Notes: generated from the sequence alone by a model not told the origin. A stretch of 64,000 nt of DNA from an uncultured Gammaproteobacteria bacterium (GCA_964649615.1 CAZYPW010000002.1:66969-130968); one strand, 5' to 3'; counted from the stretch's first letter, positions 28,468 through 39,559 are shown. Numbers and translations: made by a program.

Positions 28468-30350
28468 TACTTAAGGGAAAACCCTAACTCCCTATCCGTA
28501 TCTAACTCAAAATCTGCCTTTTTGCTCCCATTTATTTTAATGATGTAATGGAAATCTTTGGCACCTGGTTGTTTTTGAACCATTAATTTATACTCATTTT
28601 TTGGATTATATGGAACTGTATATTCTACTTCCAGTTTTCTTGAATTTTGTGGCCTGACAGTAATAAAGGCCTCAATCACACTTTTACCTAACTCATCCTC
28701 TATTTGTCTTACCCCATCCTCAGATCCTTTTCCAGAAATTAACTTACTACCCTTTGGCACATAAACCCTTACATAGTCTCTGTTTATCCCATTTAACCAA
28801 GTATTAAAGGCTTGGGGATTCTTATATTCTATAGTTAGTTTTTTCTTAATCCCTCCCTCTTTTTGAATAGTTATGTCTTGGATAACTGTTTGTTCTACAT
28901 ATAAATTAGACTTGCCTCCTGCAAAATTAGAATCATTAATATGCAGATAATCTCCATCAAAATTTTGGATTTCTCCTGTCCAGTTTAATTTGGATAAAGA
29001 ATTCTGCAAAAGAGAATCATGGGCAAAAAACATAATGTGCTTATGGTTAGCCAGCCTGGCAATAGTTTCAATAAATTGAGGAATTTTTTCAACATCAGCA
29101 CTCATTGTTTTTGCTAGTATTTGTTGCATCAAAACTCCTAAAACTGCTTTTCTGTCTTGCTGGCCTTTGGCTGCAATTTCTGCATAGGATTCCAGCTCAT
29201 AAATAACATTTGGGCAGTTACATCTTTTATCTACCTCTGATGAATAAACAGTATCAAACACATTAATTGGCCCTGTACCTTCAATTAATTCTTCCACAAC
29301 TTGTGAATCAATAAAAATTATTCCATCAAATGGCAACTTTTCACCTAAAAGCTGGTACATTCTTTCAAATTCCTTTGCAGCTTCAGGCAAATGGGGAGAG
29401 ATATTAGAGTCTCTCATACTCCAAGCAGATCTTGGTTTGCCACTCACTTCAGGCAGATATTTCACTATTTGCGAGGGAGGTGTTAGAGGGCAAATTTTAG
29501 ATAGGCATACTTTTAGCAGTTTTTCATCTAACCTGTAGATATCATCTGACGAGGAAGATGCAACCTGGCCATTATTTAAAGTTAAAGTAGCATAGGCTGT
29601 GATAAATCCCCCTGTCGGCCTTATTTCTTTATCATTTTGAAATAAAAGTAAATAAGTTTTTGGTGATCCTAAGCCCAAAGCTGCAGGTGCCAAAGCTAGC
29701 GCCTCCTGGCCATCAGTTAAAGCAACTGAGGCACCCATTATAAAGCTTTTCAAAACCGCAATATTTCTTTTTATATCAATGCCCCTAGAACTATCGGGAT
29801 ATTTGTTAGTATCTATATCTTTTACCAATTTTGCTGCTTTCTCCAGATTTTTTTGAATATCTTTAAAGTAAGGCTTTGATTTGTCCAAAACTCTGATTAC
29901 TTGAGTCATTCTTTCTGGCCCACTTTTCTCTCTCCCGTCAAAACCCAATTCGCTTTTGATAGGCTCTAGTTTATTAATTAAAATTTCAGTGGCACGCAAC
30001 TGCTCTACTCCCGCTGAACTAAAAGATTTTATATCATGATAATAACCTCCCAAAATAGGAATTATTCTTACCCAAAATAGAAAATTAAGAGAAGAATCAA
30101 CTAGTTGCAAAGATCCTTTCGTAGCAAGTATGCCACTCTTAATTTGGCCAAAATCCTGGCTCTTATAGCCATTTACTAACGCTTTAGTGTTTTTTGCTAA
30201 GTTGCTTGCTGCAAAAAAAATAAAAAAAGATGGAATAACTATAAGAATTAATATAAAAACCAAACCAACTAAAATTCTTCTCCTACTTTTATTATGAGGT
30301 TTATATAATCCTGATCTGTCTATTTTTTTATTTAAGTTAATAAAAGCCAT
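28467..30350 (-). CDS. Large membrane-anchored extracytoplasmic protein, DUF4012-like (627 aa)
   Basis: An N-terminal TM followed by an ~580-aa ectodomain. The segment LLLFQNDKEIRPTGGFI resembles the DUF4012 family, which is often next to sugar transferases. The family assignment comes from memory only. Confidence 0.45.
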   Translation of the reverse strand: MAFINLNKKIDRSGLYKPHNKSRRRILVGLVFILILIVIPSFFIFFAASNLAKNTKALVNGYKSQDFGQIKSGILATKGSLQLVDSSLNFLFWVRIIPILGGYYHDIKSFSSAGVEQLRATEILINKLEPIKSELGFDGREKSGPERMTQVIRVLDKSKPYFKDIQKNLEKAAKLVKDIDTNKYPDSSRGIDIKRNIAVLKSFIMGASVALTDGQEALALAPAALGLGSPKTYLLLFQNDKEIRPTGGFITAYATLTLNNGQVASSSSDDIYRLDEKLLKVCLSKICPLTPPSQIVKYLPEVSGKPRSAWSMRDSNISPHLPEAAKEFERMYQLLGEKLPFDGIIFIDSQVVEELIEGTGPINVFDTVYSSEVDKRCNCPNVIYELESYAEIAAKGQQDRKAVLGVLMQQILAKTMSADVEKIPQFIETIARLANHKHIMFFAHDSLLQNSLSKLNWTGEIQNFDGDYLHINDSNFAGGKSNLYVEQTVIQDITIQKEGGIKKKLTIEYKNPQAFNTWLNGINRDYVRVYVPKGSKLISGKGSEDGVRQIEDELGKSVIEAFITVRPQNSRKLEVEYTVPYNPKNEYKLMVQKQPGAKDFHYIIKINGSKKADFELDTDRELGFSLK

Positions 30351-30354
30351 AAAT

Positions 30355-30993
30355 TTAAACTGCCCCCTTGCCAGAAATAACTGCTGGAATGGTTTTTAGT
30401 ATAATCCAAAGATCATAAAAAATGGATTTTTTACTAACATATTGTGCGTCTAACTCAACTCTTTTCTCAAAATCAATTTCAGACCTTCCTGTTACCTGCC
30501 AGAGACCGGTTACTCCTGGTTTACCTGATAAAATAATTTTAACAAATTTTTTTGATTCTGGGTACTTTTGTTGTTGGTTGCTAAGTTCATCTGGATAATA
30601 TGCTCTGGGACCCACCAAACTCATTTCTCCTTGCAGCACATTCATAAATTGAGGCAGCTCATCAAGGGAGTATTTTCTAATAAATTTACCAACTCTGGTG
30701 ATACGGGGATCTTTTGCCAATTTATAACTGCCCTTTTTATATTCTTCATAAAGCTTTTTAAAATCAGGGTCTGTTCTTAAAATCTCATGGGCATTGGCAA
30801 TCATAGAACGGAATTTATACATCTTAAAAAGCTTCCCATCCTTCCCTACTCTCATAGGAGTATCTGCTAAAACTGGGCCAACTGAATCAAGTTTAATTGC
30901 AACCGTTACTAAAAGATAAATTGGTAAAAGCAAAAATAATCCTACCGCTGAACCGATAACATCCATCACTCTTTTAAAGAAATCGTATAACAT
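30355..30993 (-). CDS. Initiating phosphoglycosyltransferase (bacterial sugar transferase, PglC/WbaP C-terminal-domain type)
   Basis: An N-terminal re-entrant helix, DELPQF, and LVGPRAYYPDE…GKPGVTGLWQV, the Bac_transf signature. Confidence 0.85.
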   Translation of the reverse strand: MLYDFFKRVMDVIGSAVGLFLLLPIYLLVTVAIKLDSVGPVLADTPMRVGKDGKLFKMYKFRSMIANAHEILRTDPDFKKLYEEYKKGSYKLAKDPRITRVGKFIRKYSLDELPQFMNVLQGEMSLVGPRAYYPDELSNQQQKYPESKKFVKIILSGKPGVTGLWQVTGRSEIDFEKRVELDAQYVSKKSIFYDLWIILKTIPAVISGKGAV

Positions 30994-31001
30994 AAAAAGC
31001 C

Positions 31002-32081
31002 TTAATTAATAGTGTATCCTACTTGCGCAACTATTTGCTTAAAATCTGCTTTAAATTTCTCTTTATTAAATCTTTCTGCATTCTTTTTACAAGCTTGGGG
31101 ATCAATCCTGGCTTTTGATAATTTATTTATGGCATCTTTTATGCTTAAAATGTTTTGCTTGCTAAACAATATCCCTGTTTTAGAATCAACCAAAGCTTCA
31201 CAACTACCACCTTGGTTATAAGCAATTACAGGCTTGCCTAAAACTTGAGCCTCTAGCGAAACCAATCCAAAATCTTCCTCTCCTGGCACAATTAAAGCCC
31301 GGCATCCAGCCAGCACTTTTACCAAAAGCTCTTCATCTGCACTACCCAACATTTCTACATTTTGGTGCCGGTCAGCGCTAACTTGTAGATTTCTTAACTC
31401 TGGCCCAATTCCTATCACTTTAAGGCTTAAGCCCAATTTTACACAAGCCTCAATTGCTAAATTCACTTTTTTATATTTATTAAGCCTTGAAACAACCAAG
31501 AAATATCCTCCATCAAAAGTTTCAACATTTTTGAATCTATCTAAATCCACAAAAGGGTAAAGCACTTTTGAATCTCTTCTATAAATTTTCTTAATTCTTT
31601 TTTGGGCATTTTTAGAACCTGCTATATAAAAATCAACTCTTCTGGATGAAATTTGGTCATAAATTCTTAAATTATTTAAAAGAAAATCTAATTTAGGATA
31701 AATTTCGGAGGAGAGATGCCATAAAAATCTAGGCGGAGTATGGCAATAAGATAAATGTAGCGTTTGAGGTTTGCTGATAACTGCTTTGGCAAATCTGGTG
31801 GTGTGGGATATTACTAAATCATATTTATCAAAAGAAAATTGCTCAAAGGCAATGGGGTAGAGGGGGAGTAAGGCTTTATAAAAATTTCTCCAACCAGGAA
31901 TTTTTTGTAAAAAAGAAGTTATAATTTTTTTGGTACCAAATTTTTGCAATAGCAGAGAATTGGTTTTATCGTAAACAGAGGTGTAAATTGGAGCATTAGG
32001 AAAAATTTCACAAATTCCTAACAGTACCCTTTCTGCTCCTCCCCATTGGACTAAATCATCATGGACAATTGCCACTTTCAT
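31002..32081 (-). CDS. Glycosyltransferase family 4 (GT-B)
   Basis: EEDFGLVSLEAQVLGKPVIAYNQGG (the EX7E-type GT4 motif). The start was reset to the internal ATG, which overlaps the upstream stop in an ATGA junction. Confidence 0.75.
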   Translation of the reverse strand: MKVAIVHDDLVQWGGAERVLLGICEIFPNAPIYTSVYDKTNSLLLQKFGTKKIITSFLQKIPGWRNFYKALLPLYPIAFEQFSFDKYDLVISHTTRFAKAVISKPQTLHLSYCHTPPRFLWHLSSEIYPKLDFLLNNLRIYDQISSRRVDFYIAGSKNAQKRIKKIYRRDSKVLYPFVDLDRFKNVETFDGGYFLVVSRLNKYKKVNLAIEACVKLGLSLKVIGIGPELRNLQVSADRHQNVEMLGSADEELLVKVLAGCRALIVPGEEDFGLVSLEAQVLGKPVIAYNQGGSCEALVDSKTGILFSKQNILSIKDAINKLSKARIDPQACKKNAERFNKEKFKADFKQIVAQVGYTIN

Positions 32082-33199
32082 AAATATGCCTCCAGAGTTT
32101 GTTTTGCTAATTTTTCCCAATTAAATAACTTAACTCTTTTTTTACCCTTATTAACTAGGTCTTGCCTTAACTTTTGAGATTTTAAAACAATATCTATCTT
32201 GGCTACCATATCTTCCATATCTGATGGATCAAAATAAATAGCAGCTTCTCCTCCAACCTCTGGTAATGATCCCTTATTTGAGGAAACAACAGCACAATCA
32301 CAAGTAAAAGCTTCTAAAATTGGTATGCCAAAGCCTTCCTCAAAAGATGGCATAATAAAACTTTGAGCATTTTTATATAAAGCTACTAAATCCTCATCTG
32401 TCACATAACCTGTATAAATTATATCCTTTTGGGAGTACATACTTTTAACTTTCTGCCAAAAATAATGATCATTACCAGATAAAACAAGTTGCAAGTATTG
32501 ATATCTTTCTCTTAATTTTAAAAAGGCCTCAATTAATCCTTCAACATTTTTATGTGGATGTGCATTACCCACATAAAAAATATAGGGAGGCTTAACATTA
32601 AACTTCTTTATCACCTGATTAATTTTCTTTTCCCTCATTATATTCGCGATCGCGAATATAATGCCGTCAACTGCTTCATAAGTTACTGCTACTTTATCTT
32701 CAGCTATTTTCCATTCACTAACTAATAACTGTTTCACATAATTTGATGGGACCAAAATTTTCTCCGCTTTTGAGATAGCATTCTTAAAGACTTTTTTGTA
32801 AGCAAACTGTTTTATTTTATAAGTAACAGGATTTAGAGTGGTTGCTCTTCTCATTTGAAAGTGTTGATGAATTAAATCATGAATTGTAACTATAAACTTG
32901 TGTTTATTAAAAATTGGGACATTAAAATGGGGAAAGTGAACAAGGTCTGGTTGTAAACTATCTAATAATTTAGGTAAATTAATTTGTTCATTAACTCCAT
33001 ACCATTTAAAGTTAGCCAGAACTTTATGGAAGTTACTATGATAAACTAGAGTATCATATTGTTCTTTAAGTAAAAGAATATAATACTCATTTTTGTGGTC
33101 TAGTTTTGCTAAACTGGCTATCAAATTCCTGATATACCTGCCAATTCCTGACTCATTGTACATTCTTCCATCAATTACTATTTTCATAATTCTTCTCAC
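32078..33199 (-). CDS. Glycosyltransferase family 4
   Basis: FEEGFGIPILEAFTCDCAVVSS…, the GT4 C-terminal domain motif. Confidence 0.8.
   Translation of the reverse strand: MRRIMKIVIDGRMYNESGIGRYIRNLIASLAKLDHKNEYYILLLKEQYDTLVYHSNFHKVLANFKWYGVNEQINLPKLLDSLQPDLVHFPHFNVPIFNKHKFIVTIHDLIHQHFQMRRATTLNPVTYKIKQFAYKKVFKNAISKAEKILVPSNYVKQLLVSEWKIAEDKVAVTYEAVDGIIFAIANIMREKKINQVIKKFNVKPPYIFYVGNAHPHKNVEGLIEAFLKLRERYQYLQLVLSGNDHYFWQKVKSMYSQKDIIYTGYVTDEDLVALYKNAQSFIMPSFEEGFGIPILEAFTCDCAVVSSNKGSLPEVGGEAAIYFDPSDMEDMVAKIDIVLKSQKLRQDLVNKGKKRVKLFNWEKLAKQTLEAYL
32636..32663. repeat. A 28-bp perfect palindrome CATTATATTCGCGATCGCGAATATAATG inside the GT4 coding sequence
   Basis: Read directly. The core GCGATCGC is GC-rich and unusual in this AT-rich genome. 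Confidence 0.8.
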
Positions 33200-34379
33200 T
33201 ACCTAACTGCTCATATATATCACTTAATTTTTTAGCAATTGGGTCCCAATCATAAATCCTAGTAACCATATCTTTAGCATTCTTGGCAATTTTCTGGTAA
33301 AGATCCACATCAGTTAATAATTCAACAGCCATCTCAGCAATCCCCTTTGGATCATCTCTAATCATAATCTCCTGGTTATCTTCAGCCTCAGTGCCTCTAA
33401 TGCCAATTGAGGTGGTAACAACCGGCAGGCCAGATGCAAAGGCTTCAAAATTTTTATATCTAGTTCCGCCTCCGCCATAAATAGGAGCCACTAAAATTGA
33501 TGCTTGCTGGTAAATCTCTCTAACATCCTTCACCTCATCCACTCTAACATCTTCTTTTTCAATATCAGAGAAAAAATCCTTGGCATTTTTACCAATTATC
33601 CAAAGCTTGGCATTTTTTATCTTAGACTTAATTTCTGGCCAGACTTTGCTAACCAAAACCCTAACTGCTTCCCTGTTCTGCAGCCAGGTAAAATTTCCTA
33701 AATATAAAATAGTCGGTGTACTTGATCTTTTTTCTAACTTTTCAGAAAAAAATTTACTATCCACCCCGTTTGGTACAATATCAACATCCAAGCTTGGAAT
33801 TTGAAAAAGCATTGACTTTTTATCATCATCTGACATAGCTACCACCTTTTTTGCTCTTTTCCAATAAGTCAGTTCCCAAAATTTCATTTTTATCACATCT
33901 AAATAAAGCAGTTGTTTAATAATTGGTATTTTAAATCCATCTGCAAAATGCTTATAAACTAAATATTCAATCGTTTGCTCAGCCAGCAGTATTGGGATAT
34001 TAGTTTTAGGAATATGTGGCATTACATAAAAAGTCTCTGCATGGATTAAATCAAATTCTTCCTCTCTAAGCTTTTTTTCAATCTCTTTTTTTTCCCCTTT
34101 TGCCCAATTTCTTATCACCAAAAATGGATAAAAACTAAAACCTGTTTTAAGGATGTTTTTTAAAGTCCATGGTTTCTGTGCTCTTTTAAAAACTCTCACT
34201 TCCTGGCAATATTTCTCCAGCTCCCCCACATATTTTCTTTCACTCTCTTTCTTTATTAAACAGAATAAAGTTATCTGATGGCCTAAAGACGACAATCTTT
34301 TTATTAAATTATATGAACGAGTTTGGCCCCCAGTTAATAAAGGATATGGTAAGTAGGGTGTTAACATGAGGACTCTCAT
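33171..34379 (-). CDS. Glycosyltransferase family 4
   Basis: …IYGGGGTRYKNFEAFASGLPVVTT…, the GT4 signature. Confidence 0.8.
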   Translation of the reverse strand: MRVLMLTPYLPYPLLTGGQTRSYNLIKRLSSLGHQITLFCLIKKESERKYVGELEKYCQEVRVFKRAQKPWTLKNILKTGFSFYPFLVIRNWAKGEKKEIEKKLREEEFDLIHAETFYVMPHIPKTNIPILLAEQTIEYLVYKHFADGFKIPIIKQLLYLDVIKMKFWELTYWKRAKKVVAMSDDDKKSMLFQIPSLDVDIVPNGVDSKFFSEKLEKRSSTPTILYLGNFTWLQNREAVRVLVSKVWPEIKSKIKNAKLWIIGKNAKDFFSDIEKEDVRVDEVKDVREIYQQASILVAPIYGGGGTRYKNFEAFASGLPVVTTSIGIRGTEAEDNQEIMIRDDPKGIAEMAVELLTDVDLYQKIAKNAKDMVTRIYDWDPIAKKLSDIYEQLGSEKNYENSN

Positions 34380-34382
34380 AAT

Positions 34383-35846
34383 TTATCTTGGTTCAGGATC
34401 ATTTTTTTCATCAAACTCATTTGCTAATTTAGATAAATCAACAATGTAAAACCTAGGGTTTTGTTCTATTGGATAAAAATGCCTTAGTACCCATGAAGTT
34501 CTTTCATCTTTGGCAGTTGATACATAAAATGTCACTCCATAATCTGCAATCAAATCTTTGACAGAAGTCGGTACAAAAGGCCAACCCGCTCTATTGGTCT
34601 GATATAAAAAGGCAGTATCACCATTATATGGAGCAAGAACCACTGCATCTTCTGGGGTTAATTGATCTATCTTTTTGCCTGCCTCAACAATGACTGGATT
34701 GTTAATGCGGTATAGCTCGATTACATGTTTATAGCTAAAATAGAATGACAATATAAAAAGGAGTAATCCCACCGTAATGGTAAATATCCTAGGAAGAAAA
34801 ATATTTTCTCCCCTAATTAGCCTCAAAAATCCTGAGGAAAAAAATACTGCCCCTATAGGAACAAATAAAAGCTGGTAATAATTATGCCTTACATTTCCAG
34901 TTGCAAAAATAATAAAGTACAGGAAAATAGATAAAAGCCAAAAATGGAAGAAATAGTTCCCGTTTTTAGGCCTCATTATAATTCCCAGTAAAAATAGCCC
35001 TAGTCCTGTGGCGCCCAAAATTTCTCCCCCTATTCTTTCTGATACTATCCACCAAAAGAAAGCTGGCCTAAGCCTAATCCCATCTGCATTCATCAACCAA
35101 GAAGATGCTGGAATTCCTTGGGGCTGTTGTAATATCCAAAGCCTCCATAAAATAAATGGAAATATTGCGAGTAGAGAAAAGATTAAAAATCTTTTTAAAA
35201 CTCCTTTTTTCCTTAACACCAAATAGAAAAGGGGCAGATAGAAAAAAATCGCCCATGGCTTTATTAAAAATGCCACCGAGGTAAATATAAAAGCTGGCAC
35301 TAAACTATTTATTTTTTCCTCTTCTATCCATTGGCTAACAAAATAAATCATTCCCAGAGAAAAAAATATAAATGTTGGTTCAGGAAGAGTGGACCTTGAA
35401 AAAAAAATATTAAAGGGAAGCATTGTAAAAGTGAGTGCTGAAAAAAAAGCGAGAAATCTATCTGAATATTTTTTTACTATTAAATAAAGAAAAATGATGC
35501 TTCCCAAAGAAAAAATAGAGGAAACTAACCTATGAAATAGGTCTCCTGTACCAAATAAAAGATATAATGGATAAACAAAAATATTATAGATAGGAAATTC
35601 TACAAATCTAAATCTTTGAGGATTAGGAATGGGAGTTTCAGCATTCCCTGACATATCATCATACTTTGGGATAAATGGATTGAATCCTTCCCTTATAAAA
35701 TTTCTGGTTACAGCTGCTGTATCAGCTTGCCTCCATGAATGCCAATCTGCAATTGGAGCATCTATCATCCAAAACCTTAAAATAAATCCTAAAATTACAA
35801 GTAGTAAAATCGCAATTTTTTCGTTTTTTAATAAATTTAAAAACAT
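34383..35846 (-). CDS. GT-C fold membrane glycosyltransferase (ArnT/PMT, GT39/83-like)
   Basis: A polytopic membrane protein. The first periplasmic loop, IADWHSWRQADTAAVTRNF, resembles the GT39-family loop 1. Confidence 0.55.
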   Translation of the reverse strand: MFLNLLKNEKIAILLLVILGFILRFWMIDAPIADWHSWRQADTAAVTRNFIREGFNPFIPKYDDMSGNAETPIPNPQRFRFVEFPIYNIFVYPLYLLFGTGDLFHRLVSSIFSLGSIIFLYLIVKKYSDRFLAFFSALTFTMLPFNIFFSRSTLPEPTFIFFSLGMIYFVSQWIEEEKINSLVPAFIFTSVAFLIKPWAIFFYLPLFYLVLRKKGVLKRFLIFSLLAIFPFILWRLWILQQPQGIPASSWLMNADGIRLRPAFFWWIVSERIGGEILGATGLGLFLLGIIMRPKNGNYFFHFWLLSIFLYFIIFATGNVRHNYYQLLFVPIGAVFFSSGFLRLIRGENIFLPRIFTITVGLLLFILSFYFSYKHVIELYRINNPVIVEAGKKIDQLTPEDAVVLAPYNGDTAFLYQTNRAGWPFVPTSVKDLIADYGVTFYVSTAKDERTSWVLRHFYPIEQNPRFYIVDLSKLANEFDEKNDPEPR

Positions 35847-35847
35847 T

Positions 35848-37269
35848 TTAATCCTTTAAAATACCTAAATTTAAACCCAGTAACATCCAAAAAAGTGAGG
35901 CCACCTTTGATGCTTCAAATACATCTATAAATGTTCCGTTCACCAAAAAAGCGATAATGACTGAAAGGCTGCCTGCCGAGAAAAAACGTATCCACTTATC
36001 ATCATTTCTTAAACCCTTAGCAATTTTCTTCCAACAAGCTACTAAGATTAATATGAAGGCAATTGTTCCCAAAAGCCCTATCTCTCCTAAAGATCTTAAA
36101 AAATCATTATCTGTAGCAATGCCTAAAGATGAATATCCAGTTCCCAGTAAAGGATTTTTCAAAAAGGCATTTATGGCTCTGGGCCACTCAATATCTAATC
36201 TAATCTGAAAGGAACGGTAAACTCCAAGTTGGGTGGTATCAATAGGTTCTCCTGGAGTTATATCTGTGGCTGTCTGGCCTGAGGGAGAAGCAAAAGAGGA
36301 GATACTGGCAGAGTGGCTTGAAGTTTTGTATGCTACAGTTGGGATATTCAGTTTACTTCTTATGTTTTGGTCCAGATTTTTGCCTGAATATCTTTGTCCC
36401 AAATTGAGAAAATTTACTGTTATTGTTGATACAAATCTATCCCGCAGTTGTGAAGGATACAATAAAATTAAGATTGAAAAGATAAATATAAGTAATAAAT
36501 ATTTTTTCTTTTTTACAAAAAGAAGGCTGCTGACTATCCCTACAAATGCAGCTACAAATGAGATTCTAGCTGCAGTCATCATAAGTACTAATAACGATAA
36601 TCCTCCCAAAAGTGCGATCCATATCTTAAATAATTTCCCAGCTGCAAAAAATAGAGCCGTTATTAGGACTAAAGCTATCGCCAAAAATACTGCTAAATCA
36701 TAATGCCCTGCAAAAGTGGAATTTACTCTGGCACCTGGAGTTAAGCGTAAACTTAAACCTTTAGAAAATTCAGAATTGGTGGTAGATATGACAGGCCAAT
36801 CCAAATATTGTTGGCCTAAAGCATAGATATTAACTAAAAGCAAAACTAAAGTAAGAGTAATAAGAGTAATTATCAATCTTTTTTTGGAATTAATTACCGC
36901 TGCTACAACTGGCAAAAGCAAGATAAATTCAACCCTTCTAAAAAAATGGATAATCCCTAAATGAGGAACTACAGTATGGGTGAGAAAAATTGCTGAAAAA
37001 GTGGAAACAATTCCTATAAAGAAAAACAGTAGAATTAACCTATTAATATTATCTTTAATAAGTATCTTAACTTGACTGGAAAGCACTATAAAAATAGCCC
37101 AAAGCCCTATTGTCAGGGCAATAAATATATCTTCTAATCTTACTGCCACAAAGGTTCCACTAATATTTAAAAGTGGATATTTGGGATAAAGAGGAATAAA
37201 TATAAATAACCCCAAACACAAATAAAAAATCACAGAATTTAAGGAATTTGTTAGCTTAGATAAAGTCAT
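35848..37269 (-). CDS. O-antigen ligase/Wzy-like polymerase membrane protein
   Basis: About 11 TM segments, with the Wzy_C-type loop RLDIEWPRAINAFLKNPLLGTGYSS. Confidence 0.55.
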   Translation of the reverse strand: MTLSKLTNSLNSVIFYLCLGLFIFIPLYPKYPLLNISGTFVAVRLEDIFIALTIGLWAIFIVLSSQVKILIKDNINRLILLFFFIGIVSTFSAIFLTHTVVPHLGIIHFFRRVEFILLLPVVAAVINSKKRLIITLITLTLVLLLVNIYALGQQYLDWPVISTTNSEFSKGLSLRLTPGARVNSTFAGHYDLAVFLAIALVLITALFFAAGKLFKIWIALLGGLSLLVLMMTAARISFVAAFVGIVSSLLFVKKKKYLLLIFIFSILILLYPSQLRDRFVSTITVNFLNLGQRYSGKNLDQNIRSKLNIPTVAYKTSSHSASISSFASPSGQTATDITPGEPIDTTQLGVYRSFQIRLDIEWPRAINAFLKNPLLGTGYSSLGIATDNDFLRSLGEIGLLGTIAFILILVACWKKIAKGLRNDDKWIRFFSAGSLSVIIAFLVNGTFIDVFEASKVASLFWMLLGLNLGILKD

Positions 37270-37814
37270 ATTTTAAATAACCTCCTACTCTCTTTATAAA
37301 TAAGCATCATTGCTATAACAATCCCTAACCAAACTAAATATCTAATTAATATATTAGAGGGATAAAATTTCAGTGTGGTTTTAGTAAACCAGGCATTATT
37401 GTCTATTTCAAATTTTGTGGAACCCCAGAACTTTTCAGAACCATCAGAGTAAAATGGTTCAAATCCATTGACATATAGAGAATCCCTTAAGGGATAAACT
37501 AGCTCTTCTAAGTATGTTGAATCTGTATGCCTTTTAATAGCAGTCCAGGAATATTCAGGTGGATGGTTAATTTTGAGAGGAGGAAATAGAAAATGGGACT
37601 TCTGCTGATAATTTTTCAAGTAAAATGGCACAATAAATTCCCTAAAGTTATCTGAAAAATAAGCAGCTACATTAGGAATTTCAGTGGTATCTCCACTCAA
37701 GGTTGATTTATCAGACGAGGGAAGCGGCCTAAAGTCAGAAATATTGGAAGGAGCAGGCCATATCATATATATTAAAAGCAGTAGAGAAAAAACTGTATAA
37801 ATTTTGCTTATCAT
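37266..37814 (-). CDS. Hypothetical bitopic membrane protein (182 aa)
   Basis: TM segments at the N- and C-termini. No recognizable motif. Confidence 0.4.
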   Translation of the reverse strand: MISKIYTVFSLLLLIYMIWPAPSNISDFRPLPSSDKSTLSGDTTEIPNVAAYFSDNFREFIVPFYLKNYQQKSHFLFPPLKINHPPEYSWTAIKRHTDSTYLEELVYPLRDSLYVNGFEPFYSDGSEKFWGSTKFEIDNNAWFTKTTLKFYPSNILIRYLVWLGIVIAMMLIYKESRRLFKI

Positions 37815-38428
37815 TGGAAAAGTCTAGCCCTGCCTAACTTGTAATGAAACTCTTTTATCTTTCTTTCCCCTATCACTTCTGCTGGAACCCCGCCTACTAT
37901 TTTAAAATCCAAAACATCTTTTGTCACCACTGCCCCAGCAGCAACCGCTGCTCCTTTACCAATTTTTACGCCAGGCAAAATTATTGCTCTGGGTCCAATA
38001 AAAACATAATCCTCAATAATAACTGGGGCCGAAATTGGAGAAAAATCTTCAGAGTTTATATCATGCTCACTATTATAGATTAAAACCCCAGAGGCTATAT
38101 CAACATGGTTACCTATTATTAAACTATCTCTTCCATCTAGAAAAGCATTGTCACCAATAATTGTGCCTTCACCAATTTTTATCTTAGATGGGTAAAAAAA
38201 CTTGGCGCCCATGTGTATTCTTGAACCTTTGCCAATTCTCACTCCTGCCATTTTATAAATAAATAATCTAAAAAAATGTGAAGGGAAAAAACCAACCCAA
38301 GCTAAAATAAGCAGCTCAAAATCTAATGCCCAATTTAGTAACCTATTGCCAATCTTTTTGGAAGCTTCATTACTTGTTAGTGGTTTGCCCATACGATCAT
38401 AAAACAAAGCCATATATAAATTATACAC
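37811..38428 (-). CDS. Left-handed beta-helix (hexapeptide-repeat) O-acetyltransferase, WcaF/CapG-like
   Basis: Hexapeptide repeats IGDNAFLDG…[11 protein letters not shown]…[29 protein letters not shown]. Confidence 0.75.
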   Translation of the reverse strand: MYNLYMALFYDRMGKPLTSNEASKKIGNRLLNWALDFELLILAWVGFFPSHFFRLFIYKMAGVRIGKGSRIHMGAKFFYPSKIKIGEGTIIGDNAFLDGRDSLIIGNHVDIASGVLIYNSEHDINSEDFSPISAPVIIEDYVFIGPRAIILPGVKIGKGAAVAAGAVVTKDVLDFKIVGGVPAEVIGERKIKEFHYKLGRARLFQ

Positions 38429-38437
38429 TGAAGAGTT

Positions 38438-39559
38438 TCATTTTGAAAACTTTTCAAAAACCTTGAGTACTTCTTTGGCCATTTGCTTCCAAGAAAACTT
38501 TTTAACTCTTTTTAAAGATTCTTTGGCTAATTTCTGCCTTAATTTAGTATCAGATATTACAGTTCTGATAGCCTGCTCTATTTGATCTAGCGAATATGGA
38601 TCAAAAGTAAGCCCAGCCTTACCAACTATTTCTGGCAAAGAGGAAACATTAGAGACAATAACAGCTGTTCCAGTAGCCATTGCTTCCAAAACAGAAATAC
38701 CAAATCCTTCATATAGAGACGGCTGTATAAAAGCTTTTGCTCCTTTTATCAATTGGGGCAGTTCTTCAGTTGCTACATATCCTAAAAACTCTACTCTATC
38801 CTCAATCCCTAAATTTTTAGGAGTATTTAATATCTCTTCATACATCCAACCCTCTTTTCCTTCACCCTTGGATTTACCAATAATCTTTAACTTTAAACCC
38901 TCTATTCTGGAAACAGCTTCTATTAACCTAACCAAATTTTTTCTGGGTTGAATAGTCCCTATATATATAATGTAGTTATCCCCTATATTATATTGCTTTT
39001 TTATTTTTTCAACTTTTAACTTTTCACTTTGAACTTTGAACTTATCTCTGTCATATCCTGGATAAGCTACAGTCACTTTATCTTTATTAATTTTATATTC
39101 AGATAGGATATCTTTTTTGGAAAAGTTTGAGATAGTAATTATGTGGTCTGCATTTTGAATAGAATACTTAGTCCAATTAGTAAGTTTCCAAAGGTCATCA
39201 CCCTTAAACATTTGGGGGAAGTGTAAAAATGATAAGTCAAAAATAGTAGCTATTCTTTTAACTGGGGAAAACCTGGGAATATAATGCGTAGGAGAAAAAA
39301 ATAAATCTATCTTGCCTTTGTTAGTATATAGAAATAAAGGTAATGCAACCCTGGTCCAAAGCCTTTTGGGTTTTAGGATTTTATATTTCCAGCCTAACCT
39401 TTCTTTTGGTAAATCATCCAAAGGCTTATCTGGTAATAAAATTATGTACTCATTAACATGGTCTATTTTCTCGATATTCCTCAAAAGCTCAAAGGCCACT
39501 TGAGATGACCCTAGTCTTTGGAAAACATTAGCCTCATACCCATCAATAGCAATCTTCAT
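38438..39559 (-). CDS. Glycosyltransferase family 4
   Basis: YEGFGISVLEAMATGTAVIVSN. The start was reset to the internal ATG (MKIAIDGYE), which forms an ATGA overlap with the upstream stop. Confidence 0.75.
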   Translation of the reverse strand: MKIAIDGYEANVFQRLGSSQVAFELLRNIEKIDHVNEYIILLPDKPLDDLPKERLGWKYKILKPKRLWTRVALPLFLYTNKGKIDLFFSPTHYIPRFSPVKRIATIFDLSFLHFPQMFKGDDLWKLTNWTKYSIQNADHIITISNFSKKDILSEYKINKDKVTVAYPGYDRDKFKVQSEKLKVEKIKKQYNIGDNYIIYIGTIQPRKNLVRLIEAVSRIEGLKLKIIGKSKGEGKEGWMYEEILNTPKNLGIEDRVEFLGYVATEELPQLIKGAKAFIQPSLYEGFGISVLEAMATGTAVIVSNVSSLPEIVGKAGLTFDPYSLDQIEQAIRTVISDTKLRQKLAKESLKRVKKFSWKQMAKEVLKVFEKFSK

